A stretch of DNA of 64,000 bases from the human T2T-CHM13v2.0 reference genome, Homo sapiens: positions 22,816,001-22,880,000 of the forward strand of contig CP068257.2 in the NCBI GenBank assembly GCA_009914755.4, given 5' to 3'. Shown here piece by piece: positions 46,488 through 58,242 of this stretch. A model generated the notes under the pieces. It was not told the DNA's origin and did not search any database. It worked only from the letters and a program-made list of their open reading frames with translations. The translations under genes and the position numbers were made by a program. Every line of letters starts with the position of its first letter. Position 1 is the first letter of the stretch.

Positions 46488-46788
46488 TTTTTGTTTGTTT
46501 GTTTGAGACAGAGTCTTGCCCTGTTGCCCAGGCTGGAGTGCGGTGGCACCATCTTGGCTCACTGCAAGCTCCACCTCTCAGGTTCACGCCTTTCTCCTGC
46601 CTCAGCCTCCTGAGTAGCTGGGACTGCAGGCGCCCACCACCACTCCCAGCTAAATTTTTTTTTGTATTTTTAGTAGAGACGGGGTTTCACCATGTTAGCC
46701 AGGATGGTCTCAATCTCCTGACCTCATGATCCACCCACCTCGGCCTGCCAAAGTGCTGGAATTACAGGCGTGAGCCACCATGCCGGGC
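46488..46788 (-). mobile_element. Alu SINE (AluS/Y-like), antisense, (GTTT)n-containing tail
   Basis: ttttttgtttgtttgtttgagacagagtcttgccctgttgcccaggctggagtgcggtggc...ggaattacaggcgtgagccaccatgccgggc. TSD gctttatatct at ~46453-46464 and ~46792-46802. Confidence 0.9.
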
Positions 46789-46963
46789 TATGCTTTATAT
46801 CTTATTGATTTCTTCTATCATGCAAGTTGACACTTTCCTGGTTCTTTATATGCCAGATTAATTTGGTTTATATCCTCAGCATATTTTTATGAGGCTCTGA
46901 TTCTTTCTAAAATTCTATGGAGATTTTTATTAAATATATTTTTAAGCAGGTATATTAGATTCC

Positions 46964-47256
46964 TGATGCTGTAACAAGTTACCAAACACTTAGGGCCTTA
47001 AAACAATGCAAATTTATTATAGTACTTTTTGGTCAGAATTCAAAATTGGGCTTTACAGGGTCAAAATCAAGATGTCTGCAGAGCTGTGGGTTTTTCTTTC
47101 TTTCTTTCTTTTTTTTTTTTTTGAAAGATCCTAGTCTTTTCCAGCTTCTAAAGATTGTTCATACTCCTTGGCTTGTGGCCCCCTTCCAGCAGTGCCATCG
47201 TTCTGACAACTTTTCCGTGGTCTCATCTCCTTCTCTAACTCTGTGTCTCCTGCCTT
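46964..47256 (+). repeat. Repeat X, copy 1, 5' part (ancient interspersed repeat, possibly an L1MC/ME-type 3'-end unit; family unresolved)
   Basis: gctgtaacaagttaccaaacacttagggccttaaaacaatgcaaatttattata...ggtcaaaatcaagatgtctgcagagctg...cttttccagcttctaaagattg...cttggcttgtggcccccttcc. It is homologous to the second copy at 58017. It contains a (TTTC)n/poly-T tract at 47095-47135. Confidence 0.4.
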
Positions 47257-48848
47257 ACTCTTTTTTTTCCTCTTTTATTCTTGTTTTTTAACTCTTATTT
47301 TTTTGTTCAGGGGTATGTGCACAAGTTTGTTACATAGATAAACTTGTGTCATGAGGGTTTGTTGTACAAATTTTTCATCACCAAGGTATTAAGCATAGTA
47401 CCCATTAGTTCTTTTTCATAATCCTCTCTCTTTTCCCATCCTTCACCCTCCAATAGGCCCCAATATGTGTTGCTCCCCTATATGTATCCATATGTTCTCA
47501 TCATTCAGTTCCCACTTTTAAGTGAAAACATGTGGTGTTTGGTTTTCTATTACCACATTATTTTGCCAAGGATAATGGCCTTCAGTTCCATGGTATTTCT
47601 GTCTTTACGTCTTTGAGGAATTGCCATACTGTCTTCCACAATGGTTGAACTAATTTACACCCCTGCCAACAGTGTATAAGTGCTCCTTTTTCTCCACAAC
47701 CTCACCAGCATCTGTTACTTTTTGACATTTTAATAATAGCTCTTCTGACTGGTGTGAGATGGTATCTCATTGTGTTTTTGATTTGCATTTCTTTAATGAT
47801 CAGTGATGTTGAGCTTTTTTTCATGTTTGTTGGCTACATGAATATCTTCTTTTAAAAAGTGTCTGTTCATATCCTTTGCCCATTTTTAAAACAGGTTGTT
47901 TTTTTTTCTTGTAAATTTGTTTCAGTTTCTTATAGATGCTGAATATTAGATCTTTGTTAGATGCATAGTTTGAAAAAAATTTCTCCCATTCTGTAGGTTG
48001 TTTCTTCTTTTGATAGTTTGTTTTGCTATGCAGAAGCTCTTTAGTTTAATTAGATCCAAATTGTCAATTTTTGCTTTTGCTGCAATTGCTTTCAGCATTT
48101 GTGTCATAATATTTTTGTCCGTGGCTATGTCCAGAATGGTATTGCCTAGGTTGTCTTCCAGGGTTTTTATACTTTGGGTTTTACATTTAAGTCTTTAATC
48201 CATCTTGAGTTAATTTTTGTATATGGTGTAAGGAAGAGGTCCAGTTTCAATTTCTTTCATATGGATAGACAGTTATTCCAACACCATTTATTAAATAGCG
48301 AATCCTTGCCCCATTGCTTGTTTTTTGTGAAGGTTGTCAAAGATCAGGTAGTTGTTGGTGTGTGGCCTTGTTTCTGGGTTCTCTGTTCTGTTGCACTGGT
48401 CTATGTGTCTGTTCTTATACCAGTATCATGCTGTTTTGATTATTGTATCCCTGTAGTATAGTTTGAAGTCAGGTGGCATGATACCTCCAGCTTTGTTCTT
48501 TTTGCTTAGGATTGCCTCATCTATTCAGGCTCTTTTTCTTTCCATATGAGTTTTAAAATAGTTTTTTCTAGGGCCATGAAGAATCTCAAAGGTAGTTTAA
48601 TAGGAATAGCATTGAATCCATAAGTTGCATTGGGCAGTATGGCCATTTTAATGATATTGATTCTTCCTATCTATGAGCATGGAATGGTTTTCCATTTGTT
48701 TGTGTCATCTCTGATTTCTTTGAGTATTGTTTTGTGGTTCTTTTTGTAGAGATCTTTCACCCCCGTAATTAGCTGCATTCCTAAATATTTTATTCTTTTT
48801 GTGGCAATTGTGAATGGGAGTTGTTTCCTGACATGGCTCTTGGCTAAG
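47257..48848 (-). mobile_element. LINE-1 (L1PA/L1PB-like) 3' fragment, antisense, inserted into repeat X
   Basis: Degenerate T-rich tail at 47257-47299. Then antisense 3'UTR and ORF2 (ggggtatgtgcacaagtttgttacatagataaacttgtgtcatgagg...ccattagttctttttc...gtgagatggtatctcattgtgtttttgatttgcatttctttaatgatcagtgatgttgagc...gcaattgtgaatgggagttg). Confidence 0.7.
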
Positions 48849-49031
48849 TCCTCTTAAAAGCACTCTTTTGATCATGTCGGGCCTATACATAAAATCCAGA
48901 AAAGTCTCTGTATCCCAATTTTCTTAACTGAATCACATATTTATAATCCTTTTGCAATATAGGGTAACATATTCACAAGTTCTGAGGATTTGGATGTGGA
49001 CATCATTGGAGGGCCGTCATTCTGCTAGTAG
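48849..49031 (+). repeat. Repeat X, copy 1, 3' part (resumes after the L1 insertion)
   Basis: ctcttaaaagcactcttttgatcatgtcgggcc...ccagaaaagtctctgtatcccaa...aatatagggtaacatattcacaagttctgaggatttggatgtggacatcattggagggccgtcattctgc. It is homologous to 60905-61118. Confidence 0.4.
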
Positions 49032-49217
49032 AATTGATTTTTGAAGTTTATATTGACTGTCTACCTAATCCTTTCAACTCTATTACCTAATTAGGATAGT
49101 AAAAGCTGTGAAACCCAAGATAGACATCTTGCTGGGATTAAATTTGTCTACTTAACACATCATTTTACTCTGAATTATTTTTTGTTCTTCATCCTGGAAG
49201 TGCTGCTTTCTCGTTGA

Positions 49218-49542
<325 letters not shown>

Positions 49543-51005
49543 ATAAATTTTATGCTGCATGCCTCTGACATATTATTTTTTTCTATAGTCACAGACTTGA
49601 AGTATTTTTAATAAGACCTTCAAACTAGGACCAAAAGAAAAGTGGTTATACTGAATATTGTTCCATTCACCTATGCCCTCTCCCTATTACCATAATTTAA
49701 TTTAATTTTATAAGTAAAATGAGGTTTAGTATCTAAAGAGATAGTTGTAAACATTTCCTCAACTACTTGGAGACTAGATTCCTATTCCTATGAACATTTC
49801 TTCCCTTATTTCCAAACGGTTATTAGGTATATTTTTCACTGATCTCATCCTACTTCCTACTTCTTCACTTCAAAGAAAATCAGACAATTTATTTTTTGTG
49901 ACCAAAAAAAAAAAAAAAAGCCCTGCTCATTATGCTCATGAATATCCATTCCCCTCCCTACCTCAGTAACATAACATAGTATAAGAAATTTATATCCAGC
50001 AACTCTACCTTCAGATATCACTTCAAATTGTATTACTTGTACTACCTCGTGGTTACTCTGGAAATGCAATAACTTCAGGAATGACATGTGAACTGTAATG
50101 TGGTTCAGAATACTTTCAAAGTGTTTCAGCAGTGTTACAAGTTCTAGACCCCAGCTTCTAGCAGGATATTGTAGAAGAAAACTTGCGTATTTTACCTATG
50201 TATGTTTATAGATATTTTCTCAGTTCTTTGCTCACTCTAATTTCTTAAGGTTCTTGTCATCTCTCATGTGGTATTATCATCTTTTTGCCTTTACTTAAAC
50301 ACATGGAAAGAAAGGATTTTGTACACCTTATTTTTAAGGCACTTGTACCACAGTGCATTGTGAAGAAAAACTATTTATGCCATACTCTAATACTGACTGG
50401 TTGTTAAATAAATTGTAAGCAAGTAAGTTTTTTTTCCAAGCAGTAAGGTCATCAAAATATTTTACATATTAGCACACATCTTTGAATTTTAACAAACATA
50501 TATATTTAGATCTCTTGTCAGAACACTCTGAAAACTCCACTAACCCATTATACATGTAAAATTTAGGGCATGTGAAGAACTGAGTAGAATTCAACTAAAA
50601 TAAATGGTTCACAAAGCAGTCACCAGCTTGCTTCAGCTGATTTAACAAATAGAGCAATCTGATTTATGGCTCAGTTATTTGTTGGCTGTTATTTTGAGAG
50701 AAGAGGAGAAAGAAAGAGAATCGCTTGCAGTAGTTTTGACAGCACTGTCTCCAGATGTATAGAAATTATCCCCATGGGATAGCCTACTCTTCAGTAGAAA
50801 CTATTGTGAGTACTCTAATTTTACAGGTAGAAATCTTTCTACTGACAAAAGTTAAATATTGTTCTGTAAACTCTTACAAAATCATCACATGGTCAATAAC
50901 TAGATTTTTAAGTCTGTAACTTCCATTTTAAACATATATAATTATTTAGATTTCAGTGTTCTATAAATCCTAATGAGAGATGAAGCCAGCTGGACTTCTG
51001 GGTTG

Positions 51006-51185
51006 AGTGGGGACTTGGAGAACTTTTCTATGTCTAGCTAAAGGATTGTAAATGCACCAATCAGCACTCTGTAAAATGGACCAATCAGTAGGATGTGGGT
51101 GGGGACAAATAAAGGAATAAAAGCTGGCCACCCCAGGCAGCAGCAGCAACCCATTCAGGTCCCCTTACACGCTGTGGAAGCTTTA
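51006..51185 (+). promoter_or_regulatory. Retroelement LTR-like fragment with tandem CCAAT boxes and an AATAAA motif (family unresolved)
   Basis: ggattgtaaatgcaccaatcagcactctgtaaaatggaccaatcagtaggatgtgggtggggacaaataaaggaataaaagctggccacc..ggtccccttacacgctgtggaagctttattatttca resembles a widespread primate LTR U3/R promoter module. It is truncated on both sides. Confidence 0.35.
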
Positions 51186-51374
51186 TTATTTCACACTAAG
51201 AGGGGTCAAAATACAACAGATTCTTAATACTAAAACACAACATGTTGCTATCTTTTTTCCTTGGATATGTGATTGTGAATCACTAAGGGGCCTTAACAAC
51301 TCTAGAAATATGAACATATAGAAAAGTAATGTATTGTTTGAAGGACAATCCAGTACCTTTGAAAACACCAACTA

Positions 51375-51605
51375 CATAGCTTGAGGAAGATTTAAAACAA
51401 GCTTGTCCAACCCACGACCCGCAGACCACATGTGGGCTCATGAGGGCTTTGAATGCAGCCCAACACAAATTAGTAAACTTTCTTAAAACATTATGAAAAT
51501 AGTTTGCATTTTTCTTTTGCTTATCAGCTATTATTAGTGTTAGTGTATTTTATGTGTAGCCCAAGACAATTCTTCTTCTTCCAATGTGGCCCAGGAAAGC
51601 CAAAA
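51375..51605. repeat. Unresolved interspersed repeat (ggcccaacacaaattagtaaactttcttaaaacattatgaaaat ... gtgtagcccaagacaattcttcttcttccaatgtggcccaggaaagccaaaagattggacacccctg)
   Basis: I recognise the sequence as a recurrent mammalian repeat motif but cannot name the family. No second copy occurs in the window. Confidence 0.3.
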
Positions 51606-53166
51606 GATTGGACACCCCTGAAAAGAATGAAGGCTGTAAGAAGACTGCCATTGATGGAAGGCAGACTATCTTACTTAGTAAGAATTGAGGATGTTTGTAA
51701 GTGAGGACTGGTAAGGCTACAGGTGACATTTATTTCTTCGTGGTGACTGTACCACCAAGTCCTAATTGAAATGTGGCCATCAGACTGCCCTGCCAAGGAG
51801 AACCTGGTAAATCATTATCAGAAAATTATTTCTTTTACTTATGAATGTCTTTAGGCACAGTTGTCTTGGGAGAAAATTAACCTACTGTAAATGGTTTTCT
51901 AGAAAACCTTAGAATGTTTCTCATTTAATAAAAAACTGAAATTCAAACATGTGTCTTTGTTACATGCATCAACTACGTGCTATGTTTCTAGAAGAAGCAG
52001 TATGGTGACACCTCCTGCACTATTATTCTCTACAGTTTAGCATTTGAGCTAATATTGGACAGTTGAACCTACAGGTTAATCATTCATAAATTTAACAGAT
52101 CCTTTGTAATTTAAAGTGAAAACTTTGAGTATCTCATAAAGCATACATTAATAACATAATAATTAAACACTATTTACCTCTCTTTTAAATATATAACAAT
52201 AGCTATTAAATTGCCATATGCATCATAGTCACCTGGGAGAAGTATTAAAATATGGATTGCTGAGCTCCATTGCCAATGCTTCTGATTAATTCAGTAAAAG
52301 GGGGTCCCGATAATGTTTTATTTTTAGAAACTTCCCAGGTTATGCTGGTGCTACTGGTTGGGGCACAACAAACACTTTGAGAAGGAACCGCTGCTTCATG
52401 GCAAACAATTGTATTGGGAGACATTAGAAATTCTGGTTTCTAGAGACATGTTGTTATAAAAATAATGGAGAATACATTGCATTGTATATAAGAAGTGTAT
52501 TTTATTATCCAAAGCTCTTTAAAATGTCACTGTTGTCAGGATGTAATAACAACATTGAGCTAATGGCTCATAAATAATTACAAACAACAACTGACAAATT
52601 CATTAGCGAAGATCCTGAAATGAAATGGTGTCATCTGAAGAGCATTTATTTTGTAAAAATATTGTTTAGAAATGGATACCTGTTAACTATATGAGATTTG
52701 AATAAGACATAGGTGCTTGAGCTATGCAAAGTGTATTTTTATTTAAACAGAAACTCCTGTCTCAAAAATAAAAATTCAATATAATTTGAACCAGAATTTG
52801 GTTCAAAATGTGGCAACTATATCATTTAGTCATATTCTAAGTGAATAGACAGTAATTCAATCAAGTATAATTGCTTAGTTGAAATATAAGGATAACAAAT
52901 GAGTTACAGCTTTTGCTATTTGATATTTTCTATTCACTCAGAGCCTGTGCTCCCTAGAGTAATTTGTCAACTAAAATGTGATTTAAAGAGGTTACAAAAT
53001 TTTATGAAAAAAATCATCCTATGCCTTTAAAATAGGCAACAACATTTTAATTACTTTAATAAAACAGAAATGGATAATGTGTAGATTATGAGATAATGTA
53101 AAGTCTTTAATATCATGACTGACTTCTAAATGTTCAAATTGTGTGTCATAAAAGTGGATGCTTATG

Positions 53167-53572
<406 letters not shown>

Positions 53573-54177
53573 CTAACCAATTTACGAAAAGAACATGAAT
53601 ATAAAAAGGGTGGTATGAGATATTCTGTTTTTCAAGTGAGCACTCATAAGTGTAGATTAAATAAGTTATCAAAAAATAATTAACAACGAAAAAAACATGA
53701 AACTGGCCTTATACTCAAGAGTTTTCTTTGGTAAACATTAGTTTGTGTACACACTTCATATGTAATTAGAAATAAGAATTGATAAGAAGAGACAACATGC
53801 TTGTGGAAGTTGCAAGAATAATTATTTTCCTTTAGCCTTGACATTTCATTTCCTTCCTACTCTGAAAATTGTCAAATGAAGTTCGGCACCTGCTTGCAGC
53901 CCCTTCCGTGTCTACTAGGGATGCTGAAGTAAACTTTATTATTTGAGATTCTTGTACTGCAAAATGCATAATAGATTTTCATCATGTCTAGTGTTCTCTA
54001 CCTAAGAGGAGCTTAGGAAGAGTTTGCTAGTCATAGTACCAAAAGAAAGACAAATGGACTTATATGCATCTGAAAATCGACTTTTAGATTGAGATTCCCT
54101 AATTTATTCTATATCGGATTTGCACTTTGCCGTTACTATGTTAACTATCCACTCTAAGTTTTTAATCATTTATTCTA

Positions 54178-54400
54178 TGGATGATATGATATTATATCAT
54201 ATCTCATATGAGATATGATATAATATGATATGAGATATGATATATGATATAATATGATATGAGATATGATATGATATATGATATAATATGATATGAGATA
54301 TAATATGAGATATGATATAATATGAGATATGATATGAGATATGATAGAATATGATATGAGATATGATATAATATGGATGATATGATATAATATGTGCTTT
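54178..54400. repeat. AT-rich palindromic minisatellite built from gatatga / tataata / gagatat sub-units (~220 bp)
   Basis: atgatatgatattatatcatatctcatatgagatatgatataatatgatatgagatatgatatatgatataatatgatatgagatatg... It contains perfect short palindromes, e.g. gatatgatat-t-atatcatatc and tcatatga. It produces the repetitive artefact ORFs 54175..54405 and 54197..54592. Confidence 0.9.
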
Positions 54401-56984
54401 CTCATTCCACGTCCAAACTATATCATTGATTAGAGTATCCTGAAAATCTAATTGATGTTGATTTTCTAAAAATAAATTTCTGAAATACCTGTATTTAGTT
54501 AAGTATTTTATTATTGTAGCTAATCTGAAGGCCAATGTTGTTTTCCAGATATGCCAACCCAAAAAAATATTTGGAGGCATGATGTTATACATATGGGTTT
54601 AGATACACACATAGGTATAAACACATCAGTATATTTTACAAAAGTCATTTTCTTAATGTTTTAAAAAATTTAGTTTGATTTTTAACCATAAATTTTTCAT
54701 GTTGATAAATATTCTTATCTAATAGTATTTTCATATTTATTTCCCATTGTATGACGTATCATGAAAAATTGACAAGTTCTTATTACTGAATATTGAGATT
54801 GTATCAAATGTTTTACTGTTGTAAATAGTACTATACTAGACATCTTTACGGCCGATTTGTTCACTCTTTCTGAATATTTCTTTGGAAATATATATTCAGT
54901 ACTCATTTATCTTTTCAAAATACAAACATATTGCCTAATTGTCCTCCAGTTTGTTTATCCTGGTTTACATATATATCATTTGTATTTGAGAAGCATAACT
55001 CTCTAAAAATTTACCAATATTTCATATTAAGAATGTTTAATTTTTCATAATAAGTAAATCTGTAGAAATAGATCACATTTCCAAAAACATTGCATAAAAT
55101 GTATGGTGGTAACTATTGAAAATAACAATGTCATAGGTATTCTCAGGACTTCTTTAGAACCAATATAAACACCGATTAAAAGAAAAGAGCAGGGAAGAGA
55201 AATAGCTCACTAATATCCCCGTAAAATCTTTTGTTATACTTAACTAAAAAAATAAATTATATTACATTGTGTTTTCTGCTGTTTTGAAAATACTGAAATG
55301 TTGATCCTTCTCACCAAGTAGAACATTTATAGAAGAGCAATTATTTTTGTAGGGGTGGTGAGATAGAAAGTCTGTAAATTATAACCTAAGTATCAAAATA
55401 ATCCAGCTGTACAGAGTGATGTTATTTCAATCTGGGGCAATACATATTGTCTAGACCACTCTCAAGATATTAAGAAACTCAATGACATTCCTATTCTTTT
55501 AATAATAACAAACATCAACAATAACCATTGTAAATACATTTAGCTCGTACATCTTTACCAGACTCCTGGAAACATGAAATAAAGCCGAAGTCTTACAGAA
55601 TATCGAGGGTTAAGAAGCAAAATTTCACTGCAAATAATGCGTTTTCTTTGATTCATCACTATTTAAATCTATAAACAGAAATTGTGATCTTCAGATGCTG
55701 AATGCCATTTCAATGAAGAATAAAGGAGATACTACCACCTAGTGGTAAAATATGCTGCTGAAAACAAAGTATTTTCATATTCAAATATTTTTAGAAAAGA
55801 CCAGGCTGATGTGTGATTGTGTTATGGTTAAATGAAGTGTGCAATAATTATCAAAATTATGCATCTGTTAGGTTCTTAACTGCTGTGCACTTTATTCTGT
55901 TTACTTTTACAGTTTAAGCACTTTCACAAGGAAATAGACATTATTGTGATGTGACTAGGGAAAAACTCATAAACTAGTGTCTTTACAGAATGATTGAATC
56001 TAATTTTCCTGGCTAAAGTAGTCGTTAATATTCTCCATTGCTTAAGACAGTTTAAAAGAGAACATTTTATTTAAAACATGCATTTATCTTACATTTATTT
56101 TAATAAAGGTATATTTAGGTTTGCTCACATAATACTAAATATGGTGAAGTTCTGTAGATTTGGAAAACCGTTAGCTTAAATTAGCAACCATAGATTAGAG
56201 ACATTAAATACCTTAAAGAAACTTATCTCTTGAAAATAAAATGTCCATAGATAATTAAAATGTAGAATTTTTAAATAAGAATCAATAAGAAAATATTCTT
56301 ATTTGTAAAATACTATATATTCCTTGAATAGTATATTTTCAAAGAAGTAGCATGAATTCTTGTGATTCTGCACAGGTGTATTGTACAAGAAATAGCATTT
56401 TTTTTTGCTAGACATATCCATAATGTGATCCCCATAACAGGCAAGTACAAGTGAAACATTACATAAAAGTAAAATTAAATTTTAAAATACACCTGAATGC
56501 TTTTGTTGCTTGCTTGAAGTTTGGATAGATGTTCTATAGGCAGTGTTCACTCTTCTCATGTAGCATATACTTAAGACCAGCCTTCATTTTGCTCTGCGTG
56601 TTCTCTACAATTGCATAATACATTGTGCTAGGAAAAATTTAACAAAATGATGTTTCATTATGTCAAAAACTATGGAGAGTATTTTTTTTAATCACAAAAT
56701 ATTTTGCCACAACACCACACCTGGGAACACAGAATGCTTTCTATCTAATGTCTCATGCTATTTAATCAGAAAAAAAGGATGCTCTTATAAGAATATATTC
56801 AATGAAATATTAATTAATTTATTCACCGACTACTTATTGAGTTCCTCCCGTGGGCCATACATTATTCCAAAAGTGTCTGCAAGTAACTCCCTGAGACAGA
56901 CAGGATCTTGTTTGCATTGAAGCTCCTTCTCTTTTTCCTTCTTCCTCTTCTCCTCTTTCATATCCTAAGTGGTAGATAAGCAGA

Positions 56985-58016
56985 TAAATTTGATTGTTTG
57001 ATTTCCTTGGTTTTCTCTTCTATTTTTTCCTTGTTTTGATTTTATTAAACTGCTGTTTTTATTATTCTATCTACTCAATCTACTTTGAGATTCATTTGAT
57101 TTTATTTTTCTAGATTCTTAATTTGTAAACTGAGCTCAACAATGTAAGAACTTTCTTCTTTTTCTCCCAAGTGCTTAGTGCTACAATATTTCCTGAGTGC
57201 TGTGTCCTCTACTTCCCGCAAATTTTGATATGTTGAATTTTAATTTTCTTTCAATTCAAAATACATTTTAATTTCCCATTTGATTTTTTACTTGAACTCT
57301 TGAATTGTTCAGAAGCATTATTTACTATCTAAATATTTGATGATTTTCCAGATATTGTTCTGTTATTGATTTAAATGGAATTTCTTTGTAGTTGGAGAAC
57401 ATACTGTGTATGACTTGAATACTTTTAAATTTACTGAGATTTGTTTTAGGTAATAAAATCTGGTCTACATTTTAAACAGTGCTTTTCTACTGTACCTAAG
57501 TGAAGTGTTTCATAAATATCAATTAGGTCAAATTGATAGTATTGTTTAAATTTTCTACATATTTAGTAACCTTTTTCATAATTTTTCTATTGAGAAAGGA
57601 TGTTTAAAATCTGATTATAATTTTAGATTTTGTATTTCTCTTTACATTTTTATCATTTTCCTTGATTAATTTTAAAACTCTGTTTTAGATTGATAAGTAT
57701 TAATAAATGTTATGTCATTTTTAATTGACCCTGTTATTTTCAAATGACTCTCTTTTGTCTGGCAATCTTCCTTGTTCTAAAAATGGTTTTCTCTTATATC
57801 GATAGTTATCCCAGCTTGCTTTTCCTTAGTGTTATCAGGTGATATATTTTTTATTGTTTTGTTTTAACCAATTTGTTTCATACATTAAAGTGGGAGCAAG
57901 CATATGCTAAGTCTTGCTTTTTCATCCAATCTGAAAAGTTATGCCCTTTAATTGAGATGTTCAGACCATTTGCATTATTGTGATTATTGACATGGGTATT
58001 AATTTTCTATTACTAT
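56985..58016 (-). mobile_element. Old LINE-1 (L1M/L1PB-like) ORF2-region, antisense, left segment
   Basis: T-rich antisense L1 text collinear with the consensus (...ctcccaagtgcttagtgctacaatatttcc...gcaaattttgatatgttgaattttaattttc...gttggagaacatactgtgtatgacttgaatacttttaaatttactgagatttgttttaggt...atcaattaggtcaaattgatagtattgtttaaattttctacatatttagtaacc...caatctgaaaagttatgccctttaattgagatgttcagaccatttgcattattgtgattattgacatgggtat). Confidence 0.6.
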
Positions 58017-58242
58017 TATAACAAATCACCACAAATTTGGCGCCTTAAAGCAACCCAAATTTATTATCTTATATTCAGAAAGTCAGAAGTCATGGGAACA
58101 ACATGCTGACAGGGCTGCATTCCTTCTGGATGTTCTAGGAAAATGTTTCTTTGGCTTTTCCAACTTCTAGGGACTGCATGTACTTCTTATCTCACGACCC
58201 TGTCTTCCATTTTCAAATCCATCACTTAAATATCTTAAGAAA
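58017..58242 (+). repeat. Repeat X, copy 2, 5' part (inserted into the old antisense L1)
   Basis: ataacaaatcaccacaaatttggcgccttaaagcaacccaaatttattatcttatattcagaaagtcagaagtcatggg...gacagggctgcattccttctggatgttctagg...ttttccaacttctagggactgc... Confidence 0.4.

Larger units (their letters stand above)
41241..46920 (-). mobile_element. Old LINE-1 backbone (L1PB/L1M-like), antisense, ~5.7 kb span including later insertions
   Basis: Antisense L1 3'UTR starts at 41241 (cagggggtacatatgcaggtttgttacataag...). ORF2 antisense continues at 41786-42075 and 42850-43330. T-rich antisense ORF2/ORF1-region text (ttgatcttttcaaggaaccac...catttcattaatttctgcctctatatttatttcttttcctctgc...) runs 43690-46480. It is interrupted by Alus at 41481, 43340 and 46488, and by an L1(+) fragment plus an Alu at 42105-42840. 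Confidence 0.55.

Noticed and set aside
54178-54400. CRISPR-like array (short direct repeats in a regular tract); the two tandem duplications at 5799 and 28695 were also considered
   Set aside because: The units are contiguous with no unique spacers. The 54178 tract is an AT-rich palindromic minisatellite. The organism is a primate. None of these has repeat-spacer architecture.
54197-54592. 131-aa and 76-aa ORFs with ISYHIISH-type internal repeats
   Set aside because: They are a translation artefact of the AT-rich minisatellite on the minus strand.
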